A stretch of DNA of 64,000 nt. Source: Antedon mediterranea (taxonomy: Eukaryota > Animalia > Echinodermata). Both the position numbers and the translations under genes were made by a program. Location of the stretch: contig NC_092673.1 in assembly GCF_964355755.1 (NCBI RefSeq), forward strand, positions 14,542,948 through 14,606,947, read 5' to 3'. The notes below the pieces were generated by a model. That model was not told the origin of the DNA. It saw nothing but the letters and a program-made list of their open reading frames with translations, and did not search any database. Below are positions 13,223 through 25,813 of the stretch, piece after piece. Position 1 is the first letter of the stretch; each line of letters opens with the position of its first letter.

Positions 13223-14449
13223 TTTGGCAAAAAGAAGTTGAACATTGTAAATAAAGAAAAAATAAGCTATTCACATCAGTCAGAGAGTATCAACAATAAG
13301 TTAACTTGGGAAAAAGAAGCTGATCACTCTAAATAAAAAAAAAGATGCTTTTCAAATCATTCAGAGAGTATCAACAATAAGTTAACTTGGGAAAAGGAAG
13401 CTGAACACTGTAAATAAAGAAAAAAGATGCTATTCAAATCAGTCAAAGAGTATCAACAATAAGTTAACTTGGCAAAAAGAAGCTGAACATTGTAAATAAA
13501 GAAAAAAGATGCTATTCAAATCAGTCAGAGAGTATCAACAATAGGTTAACTTGGGAAAAAGAAGCTGATCATTGTAAATAAAGAAAAAAGATGCTATTCA
13601 AATCAGTCAGAGAGTATCAACAATATGTTAACTTGGGAAAAAGAAGCTGATCACTCTAAATAAAAAAAAAGATGCTTTTCAAATCATTCAGAGAGTATCA
13701 ACAATAAGTTAACTTGGGAAAAGGAAGCTGAACACTGTAAATAAAGAAAAAAGATGCTATTCAAATCAGTCAAAGAGTATCAACAATAAGTTAACTTGGC
13801 AAAAAGAAGCTGAACATTGTAAATAAAGAAAAAAGATGCTATTCAAATCAGTCAGAGAGTATCAACAATAGGTTAACTTGGGAAAAAGAAGCTGATCATT
13901 GTAAATAAAGAAAAAAGATGCTATTCAAATCAGTCAGAGAGTATCAACAATAAGTTAACTTGGCAAAAAGAATCTGAACACTGTAAATAAAGGAAAAAGA
14001 TGCTTTTCAAATCAGTCAGAGAGTATCAACAATAAGTTAACTTGGCAAAAAGAAGCTGATCATTGTAAATAAAGGAAAAAGATGCTATTCAAATCAGTCA
14101 AAGAGTATCAACAATAAGTTAACGTGGCAAAAAGAAGCTGATCATTGTAAATAAAGGAAAAAGATGCTATTCAAATCAGTCAAAGAGTATCAACAATAAG
14201 TTAACGTGGGAAAAAGAAGCTGATCATTGTAAATAAAGGAAAAAGATGCTATTCAAATCAGTCAAAGAGTATCAACAATAAGTTAACTTGGCAAAAAGAA
14301 GCTGATCATTGTAAATAAAGGAAAAAGATGCTATTCAAATCAGTCAAAGAGTATCAACAATAAAGTTAACTTGGCAAAAAGAAGCTGAACACTGTAAATA
14401 AAGAAAAAAGATGCTATTCAAATCAGTCAGAGAGTATCAACAATAAGTT
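13223..14449. repeat. 82-bp tandem satellite, about 15 copies
   Basis: GAGTATCAACAATA recurs at 13285, 13366, 13448, 13530 and onward (81-82 bp period). Confidence 0.97.
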
Positions 14450-15599
14450 GGAATTTGTTTGAGATTTGTGGGAAGAAATGAATCGCCAACAGCAAATTGA
14501 GGTGGGTTTAGTGATATTTGGGCACCAGTGATGAGTATGAACTAGCAGAGATAAGCTACCTTGCAGTGGAACCTTATCGATTATTGATAAGTTCAACAAG
14601 TTGTCAATTGAAGGTGTTACAAGTAAAATTTCCCAATGTTGAAGTCTGACTTAACTTGGTTAATCAAAAAAGGGTGGTGCAGCATCATACTTCAAGCTAC
14701 TGTAACTGGTATACTGTATCCATTGAATTGCATGATTTTCTTGATAACACAATTGAACAGATGATGTAAAAATTATCAATAATGTATTGAAATCAGTAAC
14801 GTATACAACAACTATTTTGTTGAGTACACCAGTGTGCTACTTAGTGATTCTACGGCTGCAAGAGATACTTCCTAACACCAGTTACACACAAGAATTCATA
14901 ACCACAATATAGTATAGATGGATGAACAATAAAAGGAAAAATGTTAAATTTAGTGTTTGATTTAAATTGAAATTGTCTATAACCTATTTTGTTTCAATTT
15001 AAAAATTAATTTATGTTAACGCAATAATAAAATTTAATGTTAAAAAGTATGAAAGAAATCTTATTTCAAATTTTCTTTAGCAGGTGATCATGTGTGTTGT
15101 GCGAGGACGAAATCCGATCATGGAAAACAAACATTGAACTGAAAGGATTTATTTGGTTGATACACTCGAATAAAGTCATAAATAGAGGTTCTTTAATGCG
15201 CACATTCAGGTTTAAAAGTTTAAATCTAAATTGCGGACATGGAGGCCGAAAGTCAGAAAAAAAGATCGGAGGATAAGGGAGGGAGAAACTACCAGAATTG
15301 GTAGAAGACCTCAAATGCGAGAACAATCAACAATCAGGCAAGGTGTTGTTAGCTTCTAGATTTAGACATGCGCTGATGAGCCAAATGTATTTTACAGCAT
15401 GTCATGAGATAAGATAACCTATCCGAAAATAATTAATTATGATTCTGAACAACCTGTAAGATCATCAACTGAAAGAGAACAAACAGAAAAGGTAAAAAGC
15501 TGAAAATTATCTGAAAGACATTCATTCTAGAGAAGGTACTGTTCCATGAAAAGAAATGAAAAGAAAGTTTGCCAGCCAGTTAAAGTGCTTTAATCATTG

Positions 15600-18500
15600 A
15601 ATTTGAAATATCTTGCCTTTAAACCGAGTTTGGTTAATCAATTTGTAGTGTAAATGTTTTAGCTTGGAAATTGGATATAAACATCTTCGTAGGATTTACA
15701 TCCAAGTCATAGATTTCCCCTAAATAATTCAATGAAATATGCATAATTATTTTATAGCATAATTGTATTGTGGCAAAGCCTTTTAAACCCCAATATCTCA
15801 TCCTGTTAACTTGTAAAAATTTTAATTTATGAGAGCAATGTATGTAGTTTTTCCACCAACTTGAAACTATTTTTATCAATTGTTTTTCGTTAATTCTGTA
15901 ACATAAGCAGTTCTGGATATTAATGGTAGCAATTCTTGATCTTGTCCAGTATATTTTGGCCATAAAAGTCAAATAGAATCGAATGCAGTATCTCCGACTG
16001 AAACTCTCAAGGTGGATACATTTTCTAAGTAAGTAAGTACTAAGTATCTGAATTCAAAATGTTCATTTTCTGATTTTAAAATCCATCAACCTTTGTCCAC
16101 GGCAATACGTTGATAGCCTGTCTGAAGGTTCTTGAAGGTTTTTCATATAAATGTTCCTGACCAGAAACAATATCACAAAAACAAACACATTTTCTTCTTA
16201 CTTTTCCTCATCTCAATTCGTTTAGTTGAAAGATTGCGTTATGAAACAACTATTCCTCATTTCACATATAATATTTTTCCAAATGTTTTTCTTTCACAGT
16301 TAGTTTCACTAGGTTATTCTCTTCTAATGCAATATTTGATCCTTGCTCTTGATAAAACTTGCTGTTTTTAAATTTTTTTTTTTCTTATAAAGCATTTTTC
16401 TTGCTCTCTTCCTTCAACATTGCTTCAAAGAAGTTTATTCATCTTCTTGTCTTCTTTGTTTGCTAAACTTCTGAAGCTCACATCAGAAGGTTCTTGGCCT
16501 TCACCTGAAGTTTATATTGTAGTAATTCTTCACTCTCTTTTCAATGTTTCTTTAATGTATCCTTCCTCAAGCTTTATTCTAACAAAGTCTGTCATCAATT
16601 TTAGCAGGTTCAGTTTTACATTGCTTAACTCACTCAGTGGGATTACTTGCTTTGTATATAGTTTTTGCCTTTTTATGAGATAATAGGGTTTAACAGCAAC
16701 ACCATCAAATAATAAATATTATTACTTTTCAAAATAATTTTCAAAAATCTAATCAAATTATAGAATATTTTCTAAATTTGGCCCTCCCTATATTATGAAA
16801 ATACCAATAACATTTACACTCCTTCCTTTATAAATTAGAACCAATAGTAATTTTAAAATAATGATTTAGCATAGTGATTCCCAAACGGCACTCTCATTGG
16901 CAATGCCCTTAGGACAATAACAATTTATGGGAGCTAAGAATACAGAAAAAATTGTAAATATACAGTCCATATGGAGGTACTGGTTCTTTTGTAGTCCTTT
17001 AGCAGAAAGGTTCTAATCAAGTATCACATGGGCAAAGCTACTGCACAGTAGTCAGCAGTGTAACTCGCAAAATGTGATGGTCTGATGTATTAAAGCTCAA
17101 TTGAAGAATATAATGATTATCTTACAAGAGAAGGTTTAACATAGAACCCTGATATATCATGGCTACCAGAACACACTGGAACACTGGGGCAATGTAGTGT
17201 TCCATCATGGCAACAAAGTTATTTAGAAAGGGATAGTTTTATTGGTCAATGGAAGAAACAAATCAAAAATTGGATGACCCGGAGAGAAATTAGGTTATTA
17301 GTTGAAGAGAAGGAGGTGTGAAAGAAGGCAACACTAAAGAGGAAATTTGACAAATGTGACACATAAAGTAGGTGAGGTGATGGATGGCTGCTGTGGCAAG
17401 TGATATTTTTGGGGCAAAACAAATCTAATTTAGCAAATTTCATCCAACTTGATTGCAAAATCTAAATAGATGAGAACGAAGGCAAAGTTGTGGATTGGAA
17501 AAAGAAAAATCAAATGTTAAGAGATGTAGGTGTAGGATTCGTGGAAGAAATGGTATTGGAACTGCGTAGTCTTTTCTAGATCCAAGATATTTTTCAAATA
17601 TTACCTTACCTGTTCAATTTTTTTTTTCCCCATCACATTGATGGCAAGTAATTGTCATCGATTTCGGTCAAATTTACAGTCAATTCACATGGCTCCTCCC
17701 AATACTAAAGAGTGGAAAGATATCGCTATCCAGTTTGAAAAAAAAAATGGAATTTTCAAAATTGTGTAGCAGCTATATGTGAATTGATAGTTGGAGATGA
17801 AGCATTTCTTTTCAGGCCTTTTTAAGGTAAATTAATATTTCAATATTGTTTAGTTAATATAGTATGGCAGAAAATGGTAGTGGATGACCATGTTTAAACC
17901 AGTTCATGCAAAGGAGATAGTGGGTGACCATAGGATAAATGATCATGGATTTATGGTTCAACGTTTTAGAGAAAAAAGACCAATGTATGAACACTAGAGC
18001 TTCATTTAGAAGAGGTAGCATTGACATCATAAAATACAATGAGGGGACAAATTGAAAAAAATAAATCAGCAATGCAAATGTTTTCGGTTTACTGGAAGTA
18101 GAAAATAATGACCTATTCCTGTGTGATGTAAGAAATCAGATTTACCATACACTTGAGAGTAAGCTATGGTTTTCAAGTTTACAAAATCATAGCAAAGTAG
18201 GCATATAATAAATAATAATTTACTATATAATAAAAAAAAACTAAGGAGAAAGATGATTGCACAAATGATAAAGAATATTCAAAGGCAGTGTATACAATTT
18301 TCGAATAGAATATTCAGAAAGGCTACCCTACTAAGTTTTTTGGACGCTGATAATATCGATCCTCACCAAGGTGGCCTAGAAATAAGATGAGCTGAACGGA
18401 TATTTTGAGATAGATGCAACCAGTTTGACTGCCTTGAAGCTACTTTCAGACATCTATACTGTTTGCCAAAGAGTTGTAGTCATAAAAATATGTTGTGAAA

Positions 18501-18760
18501 TTGGGCACTGCAGTTTGCGTACCACTTCAGGTTTGTCATTGACCATTAGAAAGTACTTTGAAATACGTTCTGGTTCTTTGTTTCAACAGTTTGTCTATCA
18601 ATCACCTAATGAGCTGTCGTCACATAATTTTTCCCCGGTGGACAGAGAAATACAAATTCCTATTCAGCAAAACTTTTTTGGGAAGTTTACACCACAAAAG
18701 AGAAAATATTTAGATAGCAATGGTCATTTAAGAATTATGGATCTTGATTCCTGATAGGAC
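15600..18760. mobile_element. Highly decayed probable LINE (L1/Tx1-like) remnants
   Basis: A- or T-skewed coding-like segments with only faint RT-region resemblance (e.g. IRYL on the minus strand at ~16040-16055). No intact motif. Confidence 0.25.
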
Positions 18761-20983
18761 AGAGAACATTTTAAAATTGGTTTGGTCAATGTACTTAAAA
18801 TATGAATTAAAATTGAATTTAATTATTTTGACCTTTGACCCATTCTTAAGTGGACTTGGCCTCGGATTTTAAACTTAGAACGATGAATCCTTAATAAGTA
18901 TGTTCATAAGTGTGATGCTAATTAAATTATTATTATTATTATTTATTGCCAAAAACCAGTTACAAACAAACAAAACACAGAAACTAAGGGAGTAGGCAGG
19001 AACCTAAAAGTGAACCTAATTTCAGGGGAAATTTGGGTGAATCCCCCCTTAAAATTGAACAGGACCAGTCACTTAAGAATTGACATTTCTGGGTCCCATA
19101 GACCATATCTATGTATGTAGGTATTAGTATGACGTCATCAGTTGGACGGGACGGCAGGACATATTAGAGTAGAGTATTTTGTATAAATAAGAAAAATATC
19201 AAGTGGCAGATTGGACACTAACATATTAAACCATAGAGAGTTTACTATATGTTCAGTATGTTAAGCAATGTATTATCAAGACGTCATATTGTGGACAGGA
19301 CGGTAGGACGGGTATACAAATTATTCTCATCTATTACTAACTACAAAGAAGGCGTATCGATTGATTGTGCCTAAACGGAGAATGTTGCAGCTGTCACAGT
19401 TATGCAAATGAGAAAGTTCTATTGTATAAAACAATAACACCACTACACTGTCACCATTATACTTGAAGTTTGTAGACCGACAAGGTAAATATGGCTGTCC
19501 ACCAGATTGCTGGTTTCCCAGATGTAATTGATAATGATATATATATATATGATTTAAAAGCATTTTTTCAAGTTGCGCAAATTATTTTTTTTTTAAAATG
19601 GTGAAAGGTTGGTGCTTCTGAGAAGAATTCAGTCGCTGAATGATGACGACTGGCTAAAACTATCTAAATTCAGCATCAACAAAGAAGAACTGTCCACTTT
19701 GGAGAGATCAAAGTGAATTAGCGATGCTGTAAGTAATACAACTGACTTTTCTAGTTACGCAATACTGGAGGTTTACATAAATTTATATTACTTAAGATAC
19801 TATCTTATATTATATATATCCGATAAAAGGGGATCTCCTTACTCAAGCTATAGATGCATCTTCTACAGAACAAGATATGTACCAAAGGACAATTTACCTT
19901 TAAATGTTGTAAGTAATCTCTCATCATCATGAGTTAAACATCTGCACGTCTAAACAAAATATTTATTGCAAGACAGTGCTTATTGGGTAACCACATTCAT
20001 AAAATGTATATGGTAAGCAATCTTCAACATTTATATTATTATTTAAAATTAATTACCTCATGAAAGGGATATGTGGTATTGTTCATAATTGATTCTAAAC
20101 ACGGATTAAAGATGCAGACGAAATTGCCTCCAGATACAATTCACCAACTTTGGCATACACAAGAAGTCAAAATGTTGAGTAGCTGTTGATGAAAGTCTGA
20201 GACATTCAGTTTCTTTTCAGCAGTCTGTGGACTGTATGTTTAATGTGCTAGTCATTTTACCATCCCATAAGGAGTTATATGTATTATTATAGGTACACAT
20301 TGGCCGTAGATTTGTTAGGCGATTAAGTAACAGGTATGTTACACCCCATAATATACCAATTTTAGCCATACTTATCTGCCCTTTCAACAAGTAATGCCTG
20401 GTTCACACTAGCAGACTGTAATCCAGATCGGGAGGTAATGTTAGCTTATCTCATCGCAGCCTGCTGCTCTCACATTCTCCATAAAGGGCATTGGAATACA
20501 CTAAATTTTTTTTGGAACTAAATCTGCCACATCATTGGTGAAATTACAGTAAACTTTTTTCAAACTTTAGTGATAATCTAGGCAAAGGCCACAAAAAATA
20601 ATATAATCTTGTACAGTCTTGAAAGTAGTCATATAGTAATCTTTCCATGTTGCTACCCATATTAAAAAATTAGTAAGCACTTGTAGCAACTATTAAGTGT
20701 CTGTCACATTTGTGAGGGAGAGTGTTTGGGTATGTACTGAAGAAGCTGTACACAATTATAGGAAATTAAAAAGAGCAGTGGTTGTGGCCGCCATCCACCC
20801 ATTTCCACCTATGTCGGAGACGGTGGGGGAACTGGTGACGCATTTCCTGCAAAGAGAAACAACCAAGACGACATTTGCGTGCCAGGACATTCGTTTGAAC
20901 GTCCCGGCTAACTCTGTACAAGACACCAGGGGGCGGCTAGTTGCTCGGGCGACAGGTTTGTCCCGGCCATCGGCAGGTTTACA

Positions 20984-21190
20984 GTGGAGGTGAACAGTGC
21001 TAATCTCTATAAGAGGAAAAAGCCATTAAATGAAGCAGCTGTTATTTTGCTTAATCAAGTTATAGACTTGGTGTTCAGTATGGAGGTATTAGCCAATTCA
21101 TGTGGGCTAGGTCTTCAGAAACAAAAAAATGAATCCAACAGAAGTGTATTGGACAAGTCATATGTTAATGGCAATAGATTTTTAGAGGTA
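20984..21190 (+). pseudogene. BEN-domain-like fragment
   Basis: LLNQVIDLVFSMEVLANSCGLG....SVLDK fits the BEN pattern L..vF..e.LA.s...G.....LD. Confidence 0.45.
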
Positions 21191-22329
21191 TAAAACTATA
21201 AATGTTTATAAGTCACTGTCACTGTGAATGCACTGTTTATTTTAAATACATTTTATTTATCGTAATTTTAGTCAATTCCAAATTGCCCCGTGAAATGGAA
21301 TCCGAAAAGCTTGACGTCCCAGTTATGCTTAAACCACAAAATTCCGATGGCGCGCCTGTCCACGGAATGTGCCCTTATAAAAAGGATAATCCTTTACCAA
21401 AGCGGACAAAACGTAATTCTACATACCAAAATGATGCCATTTACTTTAGATTCCTTAAAAAGAGTGCTATTCTTTCTCTGCAACATCAGTCCAGCAGACC
21501 AACTGACTAACATCAAATTAAATACCCTATTGCACTTGTTCTGCTAAGTACTCACCCACAGTCTGTCTTTCCCAGGAAGGCCTACGCCATCCTAGGAAAA
21601 GTAACTCGCCTTGTAAACAGAAAAGTATAATGTGTGCCACTTATCCATGTGACCTGTGTCAATGTGTACAGCACTGGGTCTCCCACCCCGCACAAACATG
21701 CCATCATCACCCAACTATTCTTAGCAAAGGGTAATTTGAAAAAGTAGGGAAGATACTTACTATTAAAAAAAATTAGTCTTGTGTCCTGTTTTGCATACCA
21801 ATATGATATTGCGAGTGACATGACATATCATGAGTGACACGACATTGTGAAACGACAGGACTTTAACTATACCTCTTACAAGTTGGACAAAGATTTTTCA
21901 TATAATAAGGTACAGGAAAACTATTTGCTTTGAGATCATTTCATTTTTTAAATATACAGCTCTTGAAAACTTCTCTTGAAAAATTGTTATGCTTAAATCG
22001 TCGGTGAGGCAACCATTTTTTAAATTTTAAAGTTCTCATTTATTTTAAATATTACTTCTGAGAATTAAGTATAATGCTAAGGTACTCTTCAAATACAAAT
22101 GGTGTACTATGCTTTGCCATATGAATCTTTTCAAAGACATTTAAAAAATAAACAACTAACCAACCAAGGCATCAACCTTTTCAAAGACATTAAAAAAAAC
22201 AAACAAGGCATGGACCTTTTAAAAGACATTAAAAAAAAAAACAAATAAATCTGAAAAATAATAACTATGGATCTTAGAAGACAAAATTTGGTCAGTTTTA
22301 TTTTAAAACGTTTTTTGAATTTTGTTTTA

Positions 22330-23992
22330 TTTAGAATTTTATGTTATAAGCTCTACAGACTTTTACAAATCCAAAACGTTTATAAACGTTTTGTTTGCTT
22401 GTTTGTACTTTGTAAAACTACCTCCTCTCCGACTCCTGTACATCCCCATGCTTTTTGTTTTGTTTTGGTTGTTCTGCCCACTAAGAGGCAAACCGAAAAG
22501 GCCAATTTGGTTAGACTTTGGAGTTCTCCAATGATTTGACATGGAATTACCTATGGAAATTGGTTATTAACCACTGGACAAATGCATGTAGAGTAGACTC
22601 TACCATTGTTAAAGTTCGTCTACTGGTGTTAGCGTTTGTCTACTGGTGTTAGCGTTTGTCTACTGATGTTATAGGGGATCTACTTCACACTCTTAATAGC
22701 GTTAGGCTAGCACTCTTGGTAGCGTTAGGCTCGCACTCATAATAGTGTTAAGCTTGCACTCTTACTAGTGTTAGATTCACACTCTTAATAGCATTAGGCT
22801 CGCACTCTTACTAGAGTTAGGCTTGCACTCTTTAATAGCAGTAGGCTCGCATTCTTAATAGCGTTAGGCTCGCATTCTTAACAGAGTTAGGCTCGCACTC
22901 TTTAGCAGCTGTAGGCTCGCACTCTTTAGCAGCTGTAGGCTTGTACTTTAGCAGTTGTAGGCTCGCACTCATAATAGCGTTAGGCTCGCACTCTTACTAG
23001 AGTTAGGTTCGCTCTCTTAATAGCCGTAGGCTCGCATTCTTACTAGTGTTAGACTTGCACTCTCATTAGCGTTAGGCTTGCACTCTTTAATAGCAGTAGG
23101 CTCGCATTCATAATAGCGTTAGGCTCGCATTCTTAATAGCGTTAGGCTCACATTCTTAATAGCGTTAGGCTCACACTCTTTAGCAGATGTAGGCTCCCAC
23201 TCTTTAGCAGCTGTAGGCTCCCACTCTTTAGCAGCTGTAGGCTCGCAATTAATAGCAGGTGTAGGCTTGTACTCTTTAGCAGCTCTAGGCTCGCACTCTT
23301 TAGCAGTGATAGGCTGGTACTATGTAGGCTGGTACTTCTGTAGCAGCTGTAGGCTCGTACTTCTCAGCTGCGGTTGGCTTGTACTTCTGAAGCAGCTGTA
23401 GGCTTGTACTTCTTAGCAGCTTCTTCAGCAGATGTAGGCTCGTACTCTTCGGTAGGCTCGCACTCTAATGTAGGCATGTCCTCTATGGTTCGATCGCACT
23501 CTTTGGTAGGATCGCACTCTTCGGTAGGATCGCACTCTTCCGTAGGCACGCACTCTTCCGTAGGCACGCACTCTTCCGTAGGCACGCACTCTTCCATAGG
23601 CACGCACTCTTCCATAGGCTCACACTCTTCAGTAGACTTGCTCTAACATTGGTAGGCGTGCTCTAACATCAGTAGGCGCACTTTAACATCGGTAGGCACA
23701 CTCTAGCAATGGTAGAGTCTACTCTACATGCATAGTCTGGTGGTTAGTATCCAATTTCTGTGGGTATTTTCATGTCAAATTGTTGGAGTACTTCATAGTA
23801 AAATCAAATTGACCTTTTTGGTTTGTCATCTTAGTTGGCAGAACAACCAAAACAACACTTAAGCATGAGGATGTACGGCTCTTGGAGAAGAGGTGGTTTT
23901 TGTTTTGATTGTATTCATTTTTTTTCTCTTTTTTTTTTCAAGTTTATAAACGTTTTGGTTTTTTAAAAGTCTGTAGATCTTTGTATTCTAAA
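22330..23992. repeat. Foldback: ~300-350-bp diverged inverted arms around an 18-21-bp minisatellite
   Basis: ATGCATGTAGAGTAGACTCTACCATTG (~22582) is reverse-complemented at ~23707. Arms 22330-22680 and 23640-23992 align in inverse. The interior consists of TAGGCTCGCACTCTT-type units. Confidence 0.9.
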
Positions 23993-24387
23993 TATTATGT
24001 TTTTATAATTTGTTTACTGGTATGTTGGCATCAGCTAATGTGCATCTATATGCAGATAACATATTTTATAGATTCTGTTATTTATTAGTAAAATATCATA
24101 CAGTAAAATATACTGCAGTATAACAAACCAGGACAAAACATCTGACCATAACGACCCATAATATTGCAATTTGTTACAATAGCTAATTCCATTTATTTAT
24201 ATATGTATTTTGACTATATTGCATTTTCAGTAACGTGTAGTACTGCAACTAGAAAACTTTACCATCTGTGTCTATGGCAGTTTTACAAACACTACTTTTC
24301 TGTCATAACAGCTTTTACTAATAAGATATTGGATCTGTAACAAGACCTGACCCTAAACCCAAGTCACAGCATTTACACTTCCGCTCT

Positions 24388-24560
24388 ACGCCCCGCCCAT
24401 TTTTCTTAATAAAAATACACGGCGCTGATTGGACTGTTCGATGACGTCACGCACACTTCAACTCGTGGCCTTGTGTTAAAGAGTTGCCGATTCGCTAATT
24501 TGTGATGCAAAATAGCATTTCGTAGCGCTTAAATATAAAGAAATTGTCCAATCAGATCTC
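24388..24560 (+). promoter_or_regulatory. Putative transposase promoter
   Basis: GC box CCCCGCCC (24391), inverted CCAAT GATTGG (24427), CRE palindrome TGACGTCA (24442) and CCAATC (24548), just inside the left TIR. A candidate splice donor TTG|GTAAG lies at ~24674. Confidence 0.5.
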
Positions 24561-25813
24561 TTCTTTGATAGAAGATTCGGATTAATCATATATTGAAACC
24601 CCTAGCAGACTATAAAATAATCATTCTGGAAAGTTCGCTAGTTGTCGGCGGGTGTCAGAATCAAAAGTTTTTGGTAAGTGAGGGTTATTTACCTTTATAA
24701 CTCGCTTATTTGAATATAAACATATTATTTTAAAGAGTCAGCTAGCTTCATTATTTATTTAGGATCATGTTGATATATAAAACCGTACTATTAAGCGAAT
24801 TTAAGTTATTTAAATATGAGCGCACGTCTAGGCCCTACAAACGGCTAGCTTGTTAAAACTCAACAAATGATTGTATGACGCGTCGTTGAGCTGATTGTGG
24901 CCGCGTACGTACAACATGCGCTGCGCAAGCCGGCTAGGCCTAAGCTGGTGGTGTGGCAAGCACGGTTGGTGTGGCCTAAAACTGGCATGGCCGAGTAGCT
25001 TTTTTAGGCCTGAACCTACAAAATGGTGCGTAAACAAGGCCTTGTTATTTTGGATAACAAATAATACTTTAAATTTAATACAGGTGGCCCGATATATTAA
25101 AGTTTAAAGAAAATGTTAATATTAATGAATAATAACTAATAGCCTATATTAATTTTTATTAGTCTTCATTAATTGTGGGTTTTTAAAGTAAAGTTTATGT
25201 GATTTAAATTAAGTAGTACCCCCCCCCCCCAAACTTCATCATATATATATTATTTTATTCTCTTTTGCTTGTAAACTCCTATATTAATAATTTATATTTT
25301 ATTCTGCAATGTGCGCTATACATTGATGTTTATAACTTTATACATTTTTATATTGTTTTTATTTATTTATATTTCAGATTAATTGGTGATTCTGTTTACA
25401 GACGTTATATGCATGGCATGACAGTCACTGATCTGGCTACTTACAGAACATTTTACTAACTACTGTATTCATAGGCCAACAACATAGATAAATAAACAAT
25501 TCAGAATATAAACAATTACAAAAAATATACCGTAGATTGACAGGCATTTCATCTAATATTGATTTGTATTATTTTAAAGCAATTATTTTGACTGTTTAGG
25601 CAATAATTTCTTTATATATTTTTACAGTTCTGTATTATTTTATAATTTAACTACAATTATTATTTTCATTTGTACTTATATTAAGTTGTGAATTAAAAAT
25701 CGTATATTACAAATATAATTTTGATTGATTCCTCTTTTTTGTTTATAATTTCTACATTTTCTTTGTAATAAGTGTGACTATTCAATACATTGTTATTTGG
25801 TAAACAATTCATA

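Noticed and set aside
24365-24420. True 12/23 RSS (heptamer-spacer-nonamer) at the termini
   Set aside because: Only CACAG matches the heptamer, and there is no ACAAAAACC at 12 or 23 bp on either end. The CACAGTG at 31217-31223 overlaps the inner TIR edge and points outward.
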